Source: Octopus bimaculoides
Taxonomy: Eukaryota
DNA: 64,000 nucleotides
Direction: 5' to 3'
Assembly (NCBI RefSeq): GCF_001194135.2
Contig: NC_068995.1
Span: 13,374,305 to 13,438,304, forward strand
Shown here: positions 49,913 to 61,807 of the stretch, piece after piece
Layout of the letters: each line of letters begins with the position of its first letter
Numbering within the stretch: the stretch's first letter is position 1
Program-made: the position numbers and the translations under genes
The notes under the pieces: generated by a model
The model's database searches: none
What the model saw: only the letters and a program-made list of their open reading frames with translations
What the model was told of the DNA's origin: nothing

Positions 49913-50109
49913 AACGGGTGCTGAAAAGTTCCTGGCTTTAGGTAAAAGAAAATACAGACAGATCAGTTATGTTCCCTCTTAGATTTACACACTTATTGCA
50001 TCGGTCCCTCAATTTTTCTAAGCTCTGTAAAAGAACTCGGAAGGTTGGACCTTCAACCAGGCCTTTTGTGATACCCTCAAAGCCAGCAAGTTTTCAGCAC
50101 TCCCTTGTA
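49913..50109. mobile_element. Mariner-like MITE (family H), copy 3
   Basis: gggtgctgaaaagttcctggcttt..aaagccagcaagttttcagcactcc. Confidence 0.75.
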
Positions 50110-50408
50110 TGTGTGTATGTATAAAATCAATATCTTGAATAAAAGTGCATGTCAATATTTTCAGTAAAAGTGGAAATCTCTGTGTGTGTGTGTGTGTGTA
50201 AAGCTCAATATCTTGTATAAAACTACAAATATATCAATATCTCAGGTAAAAGTATGTGTGTTTGTGTGTGTGTGGATGTGTGTAGTGTACACATACCACA
50301 CACAGAATAAACAGTCTTTTTCTTTTTTTCCTTTCCATATGTTAATTGAAAAGGAGTGTTGTACAGCTCTCAGTACTATGTTCACAGAAGTTATCACAAC
50401 TACATATA

Positions 50409-50739
50409 TAGTGCAGGAGTGGCTGTGTGGTAATTAGCTTGTTTACCAACCACATGGTCTCGGGTTCAGTCCCACTGCGTGGCACCTTGGGCAAGTGTCT
50501 TCTACTATAGCCTCGGGCCGACCAATGCCTTGTGAGTGGGTTTGGTAGACGGAAACTGAAAGAAGCCCACTTGACAACTGATGCTGGTGTGTTTAGGTCC
50601 CTGTAACTTAGTGGTTCAGCAAAAGAGACCAATAGAATAAGTACTAGGCTTACAAAGAATGTCCTGGGGTCGATTTGCTCAACTAAAGATGTTGCTCCAG
50701 CATGGCCACAGTCAAATTACTGAGACAAGTAAAAGAGTA
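50409..50739 (+). mobile_element. SINE family A lacking the central microsatellite block
   Basis: gaaagaagccc joins directly to acttgacaac. Confidence 0.85.
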
Positions 50740-51059
50740 TGTATACACACACACACACACACACAAATTCATCTTAGTCATTATATTATAATTTCCCAAG
50801 ATGTTAGTTCACTTTAGTTTGCTGAATTTTGACACAGTGTGAATGTCTTGCATTTCACTCACACGTTTTTGTTCAAATTCCTTTGTTGTTTTCCAAGCTT
50901 ATTCTCTAAATTTAAATCTATTGAAATATGGTACGATATGGCTGGTATGTGTGTACATTGATGGTCTTCGTTTGTCATGTTGATTTTTTATATCATCATC
51001 ATCATTTAACATCCATTATATATGAAATGTAACAAACACAAACAAAATGAAGAGACAGC

Positions 51060-51185
51060 ACACAAGGGATAAGTTTTAACACATATTGTATCAGTTTAAC
51101 ACTTAAAAGAATGAAGAAAAAGAGTCTTAACATTTCGGACGTTTGTCCTTCATCAATGGTAAAACATAAGAGAAGTGGGAAAATA
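51060..51185 (-). mobile_element. Penelope-like terminal fragment with hammerhead-like motif
   Basis: Minus strand ttgatga-a-ggac-aaac-gtcc-gaaa-tgtt in a pyrimidine-rich context. Confidence 0.4.
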
Positions 51186-51380
51186 CAGCTGAGAGGTTAG
51201 AAGACAGCTGGGAATGCATTTACCTGGAGCAGAGAGTTAAGAAAAATGTGTATGTGTGTTCATGTATATATATATATGTGTGTGTGTGTGTATGTAGAGA
51301 CAGAGAGAAAGTAAGTGGGGAGAAAGTAAGGTGAAATGATGTGCCAAATGCATAAATGCTAAAATATAAGCAGACATCTT

Positions 51381-51590
51381 TTAACCTTTTAGCATTTAAA
51401 ATGGTCAAATCTGATTTATGTTCAAAGTAGCCAGATTTGGCCATTCACACCTATCCTACAATGTCATTTAAAAAATAAACAATCACATAATTGAAACCTC
51501 AAAGCTATGAGATAATGCATGATTAATTCTAAACGATGTGAATAAATGAGCTTAATATTTGACAAAGTAATCTGAATGCTGAAGGGTTAA
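51381..51590. mobile_element. piggyBac-like MITE family G
   Basis: TTAA-ccttttagcatt..aatgctgaaggg-TTAA. Confidence 0.78.
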
Positions 51591-52045
51591 AGTAATAAGA
51601 TATTTTTTAAAAAAATGGAAAGGAAACAATGCAATATTTTTTTATAACAATTAAACAAAAATTATTAAAGTATTAATTAGTAATTTTCCCTCAAAATATT
51701 TCAAAATTAATGCAAATTAAGTAAAAAAAAGAAACATTTGGCATACTAAAAATTAGTGTGAGTTTGGCCAGATGAGAGATGTTTTTGATCCCAATTTTCT
51801 CATGATTTTGTTGTAAGAATTGCAATTTTGTCCTGGTGAAAGCAGAAGTTTGGTAACACCTCAAGTGGGCATGGCTGTATAATTAAGAACCTCACCCCAC
51901 CTCCTGCTCTTCTTCCTCCTCATCATCATCATTTAAAGTCTATTTCCCATGCTGACATGGGTCAGACAGTTTGACTGGAGCTGGCCAGGTACCAATTGTT
52001 TGTTTTGGCATGGTTTCTATGGCTGGATACCCTTCCTAAAGTGCT

Positions 52046-52410
52046 AGGTGCTTTTTACATGACACCGGCACAAGTACTTTAACATGACACTGGCACAAGT
52101 GCTTCAATGTGACACCGGCACAAGTACTTTAATGTGACACCAGCCCAAGTGCTTCAATGTGACACTGGCAGAAGTACTTTAACATGGTGCCAGCACAACT
52201 GCTTGTTATGTGGCACTAGCACATGTACATTATATGTGCATTTTATGTGACACCTGCACGAGTGCATTCATTATATATGACACCAGCATGTGTGCATTTT
52301 ATGCAATGCCAACGTTAGTGCATTTTACATCACACCAACAAATGCATTTTACATGACGCCAGCATGAGTTCATTTTATGTGACGCTGGCACCAGCACAAG
52401 CGCTTTTTAC
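52046..52410. repeat. About 25-bp minisatellite inside an old family C copy
   Basis: Unit about gtgcttttacatgacaccggcacaa, roughly 13-14 units, diverging rightwards. Confidence 0.8.
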
Positions 52411-52778
52411 ATTATGCTGACAAAGACCATAGTGGACTTGCCTGGATGCATGGTTAACCGCAGTTTTACTTAACTTGACATATAGTTTCTATTTCAGTCC
52501 CACTGGAACAAGTACTTTCCACCATAATTCAAGTTAATCCAAAACATGAGTAACATTGGATAGAGAGAAACTGTGCAGAAGCCTACACTTGCTTTTGGAT
52601 AGTGTACTTAATCCATTAATCCATCACCAGGTTTAAAGATAATGACATCTGGCCATTGGATACCTTTATCAAAACCCTTTATGTTGTATTTGGACCAGAA
52701 ATTCGGTATTAATATCTTTTGAGCAACACTTCCTATTACAGTACCTTATGATTCATGGTTTTGTTGCCCTTCTCTCTT

Positions 52779-52838
<60 letters not shown>

Positions 52839-53222
52839 CTAGTCTTGTTGCCTTTCNNNNNNNNNNTCTCTCTCTCTCTCCCCTAGTCTTGTTGCCTTTC
52901 TTGTCTGACTATAACATTAATTATAAAAAAAAAGAAGGAAAGAAAGGCTTTGTATAGATTAGAACTAACAGTAATTGATACAAACATATGCCACAACAAA
53001 ATGGAAACAAGAAGATAATAGGAATGAGTAAGAAAAGGAAAAACTACATTGTTACATCTCGTATATACTCTGCTATGAGTCACACAGGTAGATAAATCAC
53101 TCTGTTGTTTTACATACAAGTCTTAGCTTAGTACTTGACCTTGATATATGTCACAGGATGTGTTTGTCGATATTGCTATGTGATTATGCATGTATAATTA
53201 TATATATCCATATATATACACA

Positions 53223-53270
<48 letters not shown>

Positions 53271-53569
53271 NNNNNNNNNNNNNNNNNNNNNNNNNNNNNN
53301 NNNNNNNNNNNNNNNNNNNNNNNNNNNNNNNNNNNNNNNNNNNNNNNNNNNNNNNNNNNNNNNNNNNNNNNNNNNNNNNNNNNNNNNNNNNNNNNNNNNN
53401 NNNNNNNNNNNNNNNNNNNNNNNNNNNNNNNNNNNNNNNNNNNNNNNNNNNNNNNNNNNNNNNNNNNNNNNNNNNNNNNNNNNNNNNNNNNNNNNNNNNN
53501 NNNNNNNNNNNNNNNNNNNNNNNNNNNNNNNNNNNNNNNNNNNNNNNNNNNNNNNNNNNNNNNNNNNNN

Positions 53570-53617
<48 letters not shown>

Positions 53618-53778
53618 TATTTTTATGTTCAGTTATATAATAAAAACAATAGTGACTTCAAAGTTACAACCATCTAAGCCATCATTGAACTGCAATGCTT
53701 TAGAGTTAGTCTGGTCTTTATGTAGTTTCTGTTGAGTTAAAATCTTCTTCAGGTATATGGGTTTGAGTGGGGGTGGCC

Positions 53779-54672
53779 ATTAGGTTTTTATATTGGTTGT
53801 TATGGAAAAAGAAACACTCTTACAGTTTTACACTTTGATACTAAACAAGTACTCGAGAAATTATCTAAAAGTTTCCCTATCTCCAACTAAAATCCCCACA
53901 TAAGATTTTGTAATATAACTACACAAACCTACATATACACATATAAAATGTATAATTGTATGCAAGCAAACTGAAAGAACTCTTTCCTTTTCCTTTTTCA
54001 TTCAATTATATTATGTTTTTGTTCCCATTTCATGTATGAATATATACATACCTATATCTGCCCCACTTTAGCATATATCTAGAACTGAACTGGAAGAAAT
54101 TTTATAAGCAAACACCAAACAAACTCTACTTACATATAATAGGAAGCTTAAAATCCCTCTATATTAATCATATTGCTTATAGAACAATGAACACCTAAAG
54201 AGAGATATATAAATGTACATTCTTTATTCAAATACTTTTGTGAACATCAGAGCACAAGAGAAGCCATTTTCTATACTAATAAATCCATGACATGCCTGAC
54301 TAATAACCCCAAGCTTACAAATTAAAACAATAAATACCCCAAATAATAACAACAAGTAAAGAAATGACTAACTTAAACTTACCACCTAACTACATTCTTT
54401 TGTTAACACATCCAATTACTAAGGGCTTAAGTATTGGATTTTGTATCTTTGATCTTTACACTATGAAAGCAAAAGGACTAAATCCAAGTTTACCAAAAGC
54501 AACAAAAATACTCTCACACCTTGTGCCTACCCAGCAAGAGAGAAACACCTATGGGTTTGTTTGCAAAGTTCTACATGTGTGATTAAATTCTAAGCAATAA
54601 CATAACCCCAAATTTAATCAATGAAAACTTTTCCAAAACACCTTTCCATAACAACCAACATAAAAACCTAAT
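53779..54672. mobile_element. Unclassified 0.9-kb non-autonomous TIR element
   Basis: 30-bp inverted ends attaggtttttatattggttgttatggaaa / tttccataacaaccaacataaaaacctaat (29/30); no TSD identified. Confidence 0.6.
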
Positions 54673-54675
54673 TGG

Positions 54676-54800
54676 AATTTGCAGAAAAACAAAAGACGAA
54701 GACAGGTGTATTGATTTAATGCTCGGGAAGGTGAGAAAGTCCTTTACATTTTGAGCCTACGCTCTTCAACAGAAAGGAACATGAGAAAATAAACAGAGAG
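54676..54800 (-). mobile_element. Penelope-like terminal fragment with hammerhead-like fold
   Basis: Minus strand tccttt-ctgttga-a-gagc-gtag-gctc-aaaa-tgta-aagga. Confidence 0.45.
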
Positions 54801-55900
54801 AATATGTAGGTACAGGCGTGGCTGTGTGGTAAGAAGTTTGTGTATGTATATATGTATGTATATGTATATATGTATGTATGTATATATGTATATATACATA
54901 TATGTATATGCATATATACATACATATATATATATATACGTATATGTATATGTATATAGACATATATATACATGTATATATACATATATATAATCAATAA
55001 TATCTAAAGGTAATAGAAATATTAGAAATTTCTACCACCAGTGGTCTAGTGTGTAAAAGTTTAGTCCATAGACTACATATTTTTCTTCATATAAATACAG
55101 TGTACATTTAAACACATAAGAGGTATCCATCATAGGATTCCCTCATACTAGAAAGAACATATATACACAAGGCAATCAAATATATGCCTCATGCTTATAC
55201 AATCTAATTTTTCAAATCTACCGCGCAGTAGATAAATGCCAGCGTTTAAAATACACTTATAAAATTTTCATCAAAATATTGACAACTAAGCATTATATTC
55301 TCCACCCCCACCCCCTGCTGTAATATATTTAAATAAAACTACATGTAAAGATATCTATTAGTAGCTCTTAACAAATTAAACCCATGTTAATGAATTCTTA
55401 ATTCCCTATATTTAATAATTCTATTTCATTTAATCACATTNNNNNNNNNNNNNNNNNNNNNNNNNNNNNNNNNNNNNNNNNNNNNNNNNNNNNNNNNNNN
55501 NNNNNNNNNNNNNNNNNNNNNNNNNNNNNNNNNNNNNNNNNNNNNNNNNNNNNNNNNNNNNNNNNNNNNNNNNNNNNNNNNNNNNNNNNNNNNNNNNNNN
55601 NNNNNNNNNNNNNNNNNNNNNNNNNNNNNNNNNNNNNNNNNNNNNNNNNNNNNNNNNNNNNNNNNNNNNNNNNNNNNNNNNNNNNNNNNNNNNNNNNNNN
55701 NNNNNNNNNNNNNNNNNNNNNNNNNNNNNNNNNNNNNNNNNNNNNNNNNNNNNNNNNNNNNNNNNNNNNNNNNNNNNNNNNNNNNNNNNNNNNNNNNNNN
55801 NNNNNNNNNNNNNNNNNNNNNNNNNNNNNNNNNNNNNNNNNNNNNNNNNNNNNNNNNNNNNNNNNNNNNNNNNNNNNNNNNNNNNNNNNNNNNNNNNNNC

Positions 55901-56199
55901 AAGTGGCTGAGCACTCCACAGACACGTATACCCTTAACGTAGTTCTCGGGGATATTCAGCATGACACAGTGTGACAAGGCTGGCCCTTTGAATTACAGGC
56001 ACATCAGAAACAGGAAGTAAGAGTGAGAGAAAGTTGTGGTGAAAGAGTACAGCAGGGTTCGCCACCATCCCCTGCCGGAGCCTCATGGAGCTTTACGTGT
56101 GTTTGCTCAATAAACACTCACAACGCCTGGTCTGGGAATCGAAACCGCGATCCTATGACCACGAGTCCGCTGCCCTAACCACTGGGCCATTGCGCCTCC
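55901..56199 (-). mobile_element. SINE family B (tail in gap)
   Basis: Head ends ..ccattgcgcctcc at 56199. Confidence 0.88.
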
Positions 56200-56920
56200 A
56201 CACTAACAATATACACACAATACAATGCACTGATCTGCTCTTTATTCACATGGTCCCAGGATTCTGTATACTAATAATATTTAATTGGTTTTACGTTTTG
56301 TCAATAAGGGTGGGCGGGTCAGAAAGTTTGTTTCCCTTCAATGAATTATGAGGATTTGGAAATTATCATTATATAGGTACAGGCGTGGCTGTGTGGTAAG
56401 AAGTTTGCTTCCCAACCACATGGCTCTGTGATCAATCTCACGGCATGGCTTCTTGGGCAAGTGTCTTCTACTATAGCCTTGAGACAACCAAAAGCTTGTG
56501 AGTGGATTTGGCAAATGATGGAAATTGAAAGAAGCCTGTCATGCATGCATGTGTGTGTGTATGTGTCTTTGTGTTTGTCTCCCACCACCAGTTGACAACC
56601 TGTGTTGGTATGTTTACATACCTGTAACTTAGCAGTTCAGAAAAAGATATCAATTGGAGTAGTACAGCTGTAGAAAATCCACCTCAACAAATTCCATCTG
56701 ATCCATGCAAACATGATGATGATCTTTGTAGATGTAAATTTCTTACATGTTCGTTATAAGTCATTTTAGTTTATATTACTATTTTGATGTTTACAGGCTA
56801 ATGTAGTCAAAGAAATAATTTAATAGAATTGCTAATGAAACAAAATAAGATTAAGAGGAAATCAGCTTAAATTTTCTACTGCTTGTTGTTTTTATGCTTA
56901 TTGTATAAAAGTTATATATA

Positions 56921-57082
56921 GGCGTGGGAGTGGCTGTGTGGTAAGTAGCTTGCTTACCAACCACATGGTTCAGGGTTCAGTCCCACTGCATGGCACCTTG
57001 GGCAAGTGTCTTCAACTATAGCCTCGGGCTGACCAAAGCCTTGTGAGTGGATTTAGTAGACGGAAACTGAAAGAAGCCCATC

Positions 57083-57122
<40 letters not shown>

Positions 57123-57255
57123 GTATGTTTGTGTGTCTGTGTTTGTCCCCCCAACATCGCTTGACAACCGATGCTGGTGTGTTTACGTCCCCGTAACTTA
57201 GCGGTTCGGCAAAAGAGACCAATAGAATAAGTACTAGGCTTCCAAAGAATAAGTC
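56921..57255 (+). mobile_element. SINE family A (tail in gap)
   Basis: Young copy with central (TA)n; an older copy lies at 56376-56645. Confidence 0.88.
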
Positions 57256-57449
57256 NNNNNNNNNNNNNNNNNNNNNNNNNNNNNNNNNNNNNNNNNNNNN
57301 NNNNNNNNNNNNNNNNNNNNNNNNNNNNNNNNNNNNNNNNNNNNNNNNNNNNNNNNNNNNNNNNNNNNNNNNNNNNNNNNNNNNNNNNNNNNNNNNNNNN
57401 NNNNNNNNNNNNNNNNNNNNNNNNNNNNNNNNNNNNNNNNNNNNNNNNN

Positions 57450-57741
57450 GAAAATACCTAAAGCTCCACAAGGCTCCGGCAGGGGATGGTGGCGAACCCT
57501 GCTGTACTCTTTCACCACAACTTTCTCTCACTCTTACTTCCTGTTTCTGTTGTGCCTGTAATTCAAAGGGTCAGCCTTGTCACGCTATGTGTCATGCTGA
57601 ATATCCCCCAGAACTACTTTAAGGGTACACGTGTCTGTGGAGTGCTCAGCCACTTGCACGTTAATTTCACGAGCAGGCTGTTCCGTTGATCGGATCAACT
57701 GGAATCCTCGACGTCGTAAGCGACGGAGTGCCAACAACAAC
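57450..57741 (+). mobile_element. SINE family B (head in gap)
   Basis: Body plus (caa)n tail. Confidence 0.88.
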
Positions 57742-58509
57742 AACTCTATCTACAAACTGGTCTCCAACTAGATGGCGACATCGCATATCTTGAGTTCTGG
57801 ATCTGTGGATTGCATCTCACTGGTAAGCTGACTGACTTACCTCCATAACTGTAGGTCTTGAACAGAACTGGCCTGGAGTTACATGTATAATTACAACAGC
57901 TAATAAATTTAACTAATGAACTGTTTTATATGTACTTTGAAAGTAAAAACAATAACAACTGTGAAATGAAATTAGAATTATTCCAGTCGTTCTTATATAA
58001 ATATAAACAAAAGTGTTTATTGTTATTAGCAAAGGTTATGTTAAGACAGTAGCTAGACATCCAATATATAATATTATACTCTATTATTATATATCATGCA
58101 CATAGTCAGCTGTTATACTATTTCTGCCAGCTGACCTTTTTAATAATTTCATAAAACTATTTACATGAGCCAGTAGGGTAGCTTCTATGTGAAAACTGAG
58201 CCTGCTGGAAATAACAGCTAAATTGACTTCATAATATTTCTTCCTTCCTTTCAGAAATAGTATATCTAAGACTACATTAGCCAGTATATGTGTCCTATGT
58301 CTGAAAACAAAAAGATGGGAGGTCTCAGCTCAAATCCCTTGGGTTTAATAACAATGACAACAATTGTAGCCAGCAAGGGAGCGTCTACAAAGTCTCATGA
58401 CCTGCTGAAAATAGCAACCAAATCTCCTTCTTACTTAAGCCCTTCACTCTCTATGGAACATAGTTCATTAGCAACCTTTCTCCACTCTTATGTTGTCCTC
58501 TCTCCAGGT

Positions 58510-58700
58510 CTTCATCATCATCATTTAGCATCCGCTTTCCATGCTGGCATGGGTTAGATAGTTTGACTGGAACTGGTAACCCAGAGAGCTGCACCATGTT
58601 CCAATCTGATTTGGCATGGTTTCTACAGCTGGATGCCCTTCCTAACACCAACCACTCCAAGAGTGGGTACTTTAACATGGCACTTATATGACACGAGTGC
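58510..58700 (-). mobile_element. RTE 3' end (family C)
   Basis: (cat)n tail and tttctacagctggatgcccttcctaac. Confidence 0.75.
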
Positions 58701-59130
58701 CATTTACACAACATCAGCAGGGTGATATTTGTTAGTTTTGAATTGTCATCAATATTTCTATAATTTTGCTTGTTTTCTAGGTAGGAATGTGTTGGCCCTA
58801 TGCAAACCCATTTTCACCTCATGGATGAGGTGCTTCACATTAGTCTGGCCTCTATCATTTGACCTGTCCAGTATGGGAGACCCTATCAAGAACTTGTGCT
58901 CTGCTAGTATAGCACTCTGGGTCATTGACACACACAAAAGCCACCACACTGCAACAAGGACTGGACCATGTGATCTACCACACCCTACCTTCTTTAGCAA
59001 AAAAAAAACGATAGGGGCACATTAAATAATGTAGTGATATACAAAAAGACTAGCTAGCCATGGCTGGAATAGGGCTGCTGAATCAGCGCTGACTTGGAGC
59101 TTAACAACAATGACTACAGTAAAATTGTGT

Positions 59131-59520
59131 TGCCCCTGGACTGGTTCTTGTGCGGGTGGCACATAAAATACACTATTTTGAGCGTGACCGTTGCCAGTAC
59201 CGCCTGACTGGCCTTCGTAGGATTTTCGAGCGAGATCGTTGCCAGTGCCCCTGGACTGGCTCCTGTGCGGGTGGCAAATAAAAGACACCATTTTGAGCAT
59301 GGCCGTTGCCAGTACCGCCTGACTGGCCTTCGTGCGGGTGACACGTAAAAGCTCCCACTACACTCTCTGAGTGGTTGGCGTTAGGAAGGGCATCCAGCTG
59401 TAGAAACTCTGCCAAATTAGATTGGAGCCTGGTGTTGCCATCCGGTTTCACCAGTCCTCAGTCAAATCGTTCAACCCATGCTAGCATGGAAAGCAGACGT
59501 TAAACGATGATGATGATGAT
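59131..59520 (+). mobile_element. RTE 3' UTR (family C) with 115-bp internal tandem repeat
   Basis: tgcccctggactgg..ccttcgt at 59131 and 59246; (gat)n tail. Confidence 0.8.
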
Positions 59521-59872
59521 ATTCACAATTCTGAGATGAAGCATACTCTCTGATGGTCTACTATCATATTACATTCTCAGTTTAATGGGACAAAACAAAA
59601 AGCCACAGTGTTAGTCTATTAGTTATATATTTCTTTGTTTAAATTAGTTAATGTTCTACTTTTGTTTACTGAACTAATAAGTATCTTTTGTCTTTTGCTT
59701 GTTTCTTTCATTGGACTGCGGCCATGCTGAAGCACTGCCTCAAAGAGCTTAGTCAAACAAATTGACTCCAGTACTTATCGTATTTAGAATTCTGGTACTG
59801 ATGCTTATTCTGTCAATTTCTTCTGCTGAAGCACTAATTTATGGGGATGCAAACAAACCAACATTGGCTGTC

Positions 59873-59925
<53 letters not shown>

Positions 59926-60772
59926 GCTTCTACACAGTTTCTCTCTACCTAATTCAGTCAAAAAGCATTGGTCAGACTGTAGCTCAAGTGCCTTGCAGTG
60001 GGTCTGAACTCAGACCTACATAGTTGCAAAGCAAGCTTCCTAACCACACTGCCATTCTTATGCCAAGGATAAAATGAATTGATGTCTAAAACTAAATACC
60101 TTCTTTTCATCGACACAAGAAAGATATTGTTTCCATGGAGTAGAACAGGGAAGAAAACCAAACAATTTACATAATGGTCATTGTAACATCTGGAGACTAA
60201 TTATATTGTGTATTCTTCTTCTGCTTCTTTGGCTGCCCATCATAGGTCAATGTTAATTATTTTGTTCGGTAATCACTTCTGGCAGGGTCACATGTGGGCT
60301 ACAAGGCCTTCTCTTGATCTGCAGCAGCAGTGACACACCTGTTGCAGGTGAAGCTACTTGGCACAACTGAGAAGTGTCGCCTTTCTTGTACTCTTTCATT
60401 TCCTCAGTGGCTGGAATTATGAGCTTCACAATTGATGCCACTCATCATGCCACGGGGCCTTCTCCTTTCAGGTGTCTGGGGAGATGCCAGAGGTCTTCAT
60501 ATGTCTCTCTAGTAAAAGTAAAAGTGAGGGAGGATCTCATCTGTTTTTCTTTTATAATATTTAGGATTGCAGTGCACAATGGGTCTGATATTAAGTACTA
60601 GATTAGCAACCACATGGTCACGAGTTCAAAATTTATTATCATCATTGTGTTGTAGTCCTAAGCATGGTACCTTTCTCTGATTTAACAATAATAAAGAACT
60701 AATGATTATAATAATAATAATAATTCTTTCTAATTTTTGTGGAGAGAGAGACCCTAGTATTTGACTGGCACT

Positions 60773-60971
60773 TTAACTCTTTAGCACTCATATTATTCTG
60801 TCAAATATAATGCTTATTTATTCACATTGTTTCGAATGAAACCTGTATTATCTTGTGGCTTTGAGAATAACATTGTAGGGTAGGTGTGAGAGGCTGGATA
60901 TAACCACTTTGAACATAAAACAAGTAGAATATTAGGGCTGGATATGGCCAGTTTAAGCAGTAAAGGGTTAA
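60773..60971. mobile_element. piggyBac-like MITE family G
   Basis: TTAA-ctctttagca..gtaaaggg-TTAA. Confidence 0.72.
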
Positions 60972-61194
60972 CCCTTTTGATACCAACCTGTCTGAGATTG
61001 TCTCTGGTTTTATGATACAAATTTCGTTTTAAAGTGATTTAAATTAAAACCTTGCCTCAAAATTTCTTGTTAATTTCTATTCCAAACACCAGCATAATAT
61101 AACAAACTTAATTTACTAAATTCTTCGTTATTGTCAAAATTAATTGAAATCAAAGGCAGTTGTTTCAACAGAAGCATGGTAACAAAAGGGTTGA
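60968..61194. mobile_element. piggyBac-like MITE family F
   Basis: TTAA-cccttttgatacca..tggtaacaaaaggg-TTGA. Confidence 0.78.
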
Positions 61195-61531
61195 TGCATC
61201 AACCTGGAAAGGAAAAAAGGCAAAGTTGACCTTGACAAATTATGAAACTGGAATATAAAGTGACAGAACAAATACTGCATATCATTTTGTCGGACTCTCT
61301 AATGCAGTGCTCCGCAACCGATGTGCTGCAGCACACTAGTATGTCACAAGATGGATGCTAGGTGTGCTGCAGTGTAACCTGAATTTAATTTTTTTTTCTA
61401 TACTTTTAGTTATATTATTAGTTCAAGTGTGCCACCAAATTTTGAAAAGAATATAAGTGTAACACAAGTGAAAGAAGGTTGCAGAACACTGCTTTAATGT
61501 ACTGATTCTACCAATTCACTCCCCTATTAAT

Positions 61532-61718
61532 ACTCTTTTACTTGTTTCAGTCATTTGACTGCGGCCATGCTGGAGCATCGCCTTTAGTCGAGCAAATCGA
61601 CCCCAGGACTTATTCTTTGTAAGCCTAGTACTTATTCTATCGGTCCCTTTTGCCGGACCGCTAAGTTACGGGACATAAACACACCACCATCGGTTGTCAA
61701 GCGATATTGGGGGGACAA

Positions 61719-61807
<89 letters not shown>

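Noticed and set aside
52046-52410. CRISPR-like array
   Set aside because: Eukaryotic context, contiguous diverging units and no unique spacers; it is a minisatellite.
57760-57780. CTCF-like motif caactagatggcgac
   Set aside because: Mismatch at a highly conserved C; a single degenerate hit.
58761-58786. Recursive-splice-like AG|GT site (ttgttttctag|gtagga); similar at 53752
   Set aside because: Such motifs are expected by chance in 60 kb of AT-rich intron; would need saw-tooth nascent RNA coverage.
60253-60441. GC-richer patch with a 62-aa minus ORF and a CxxC in another frame
   Set aside because: Short, interrupted by stops, no convincing family match; probably a TE remnant.
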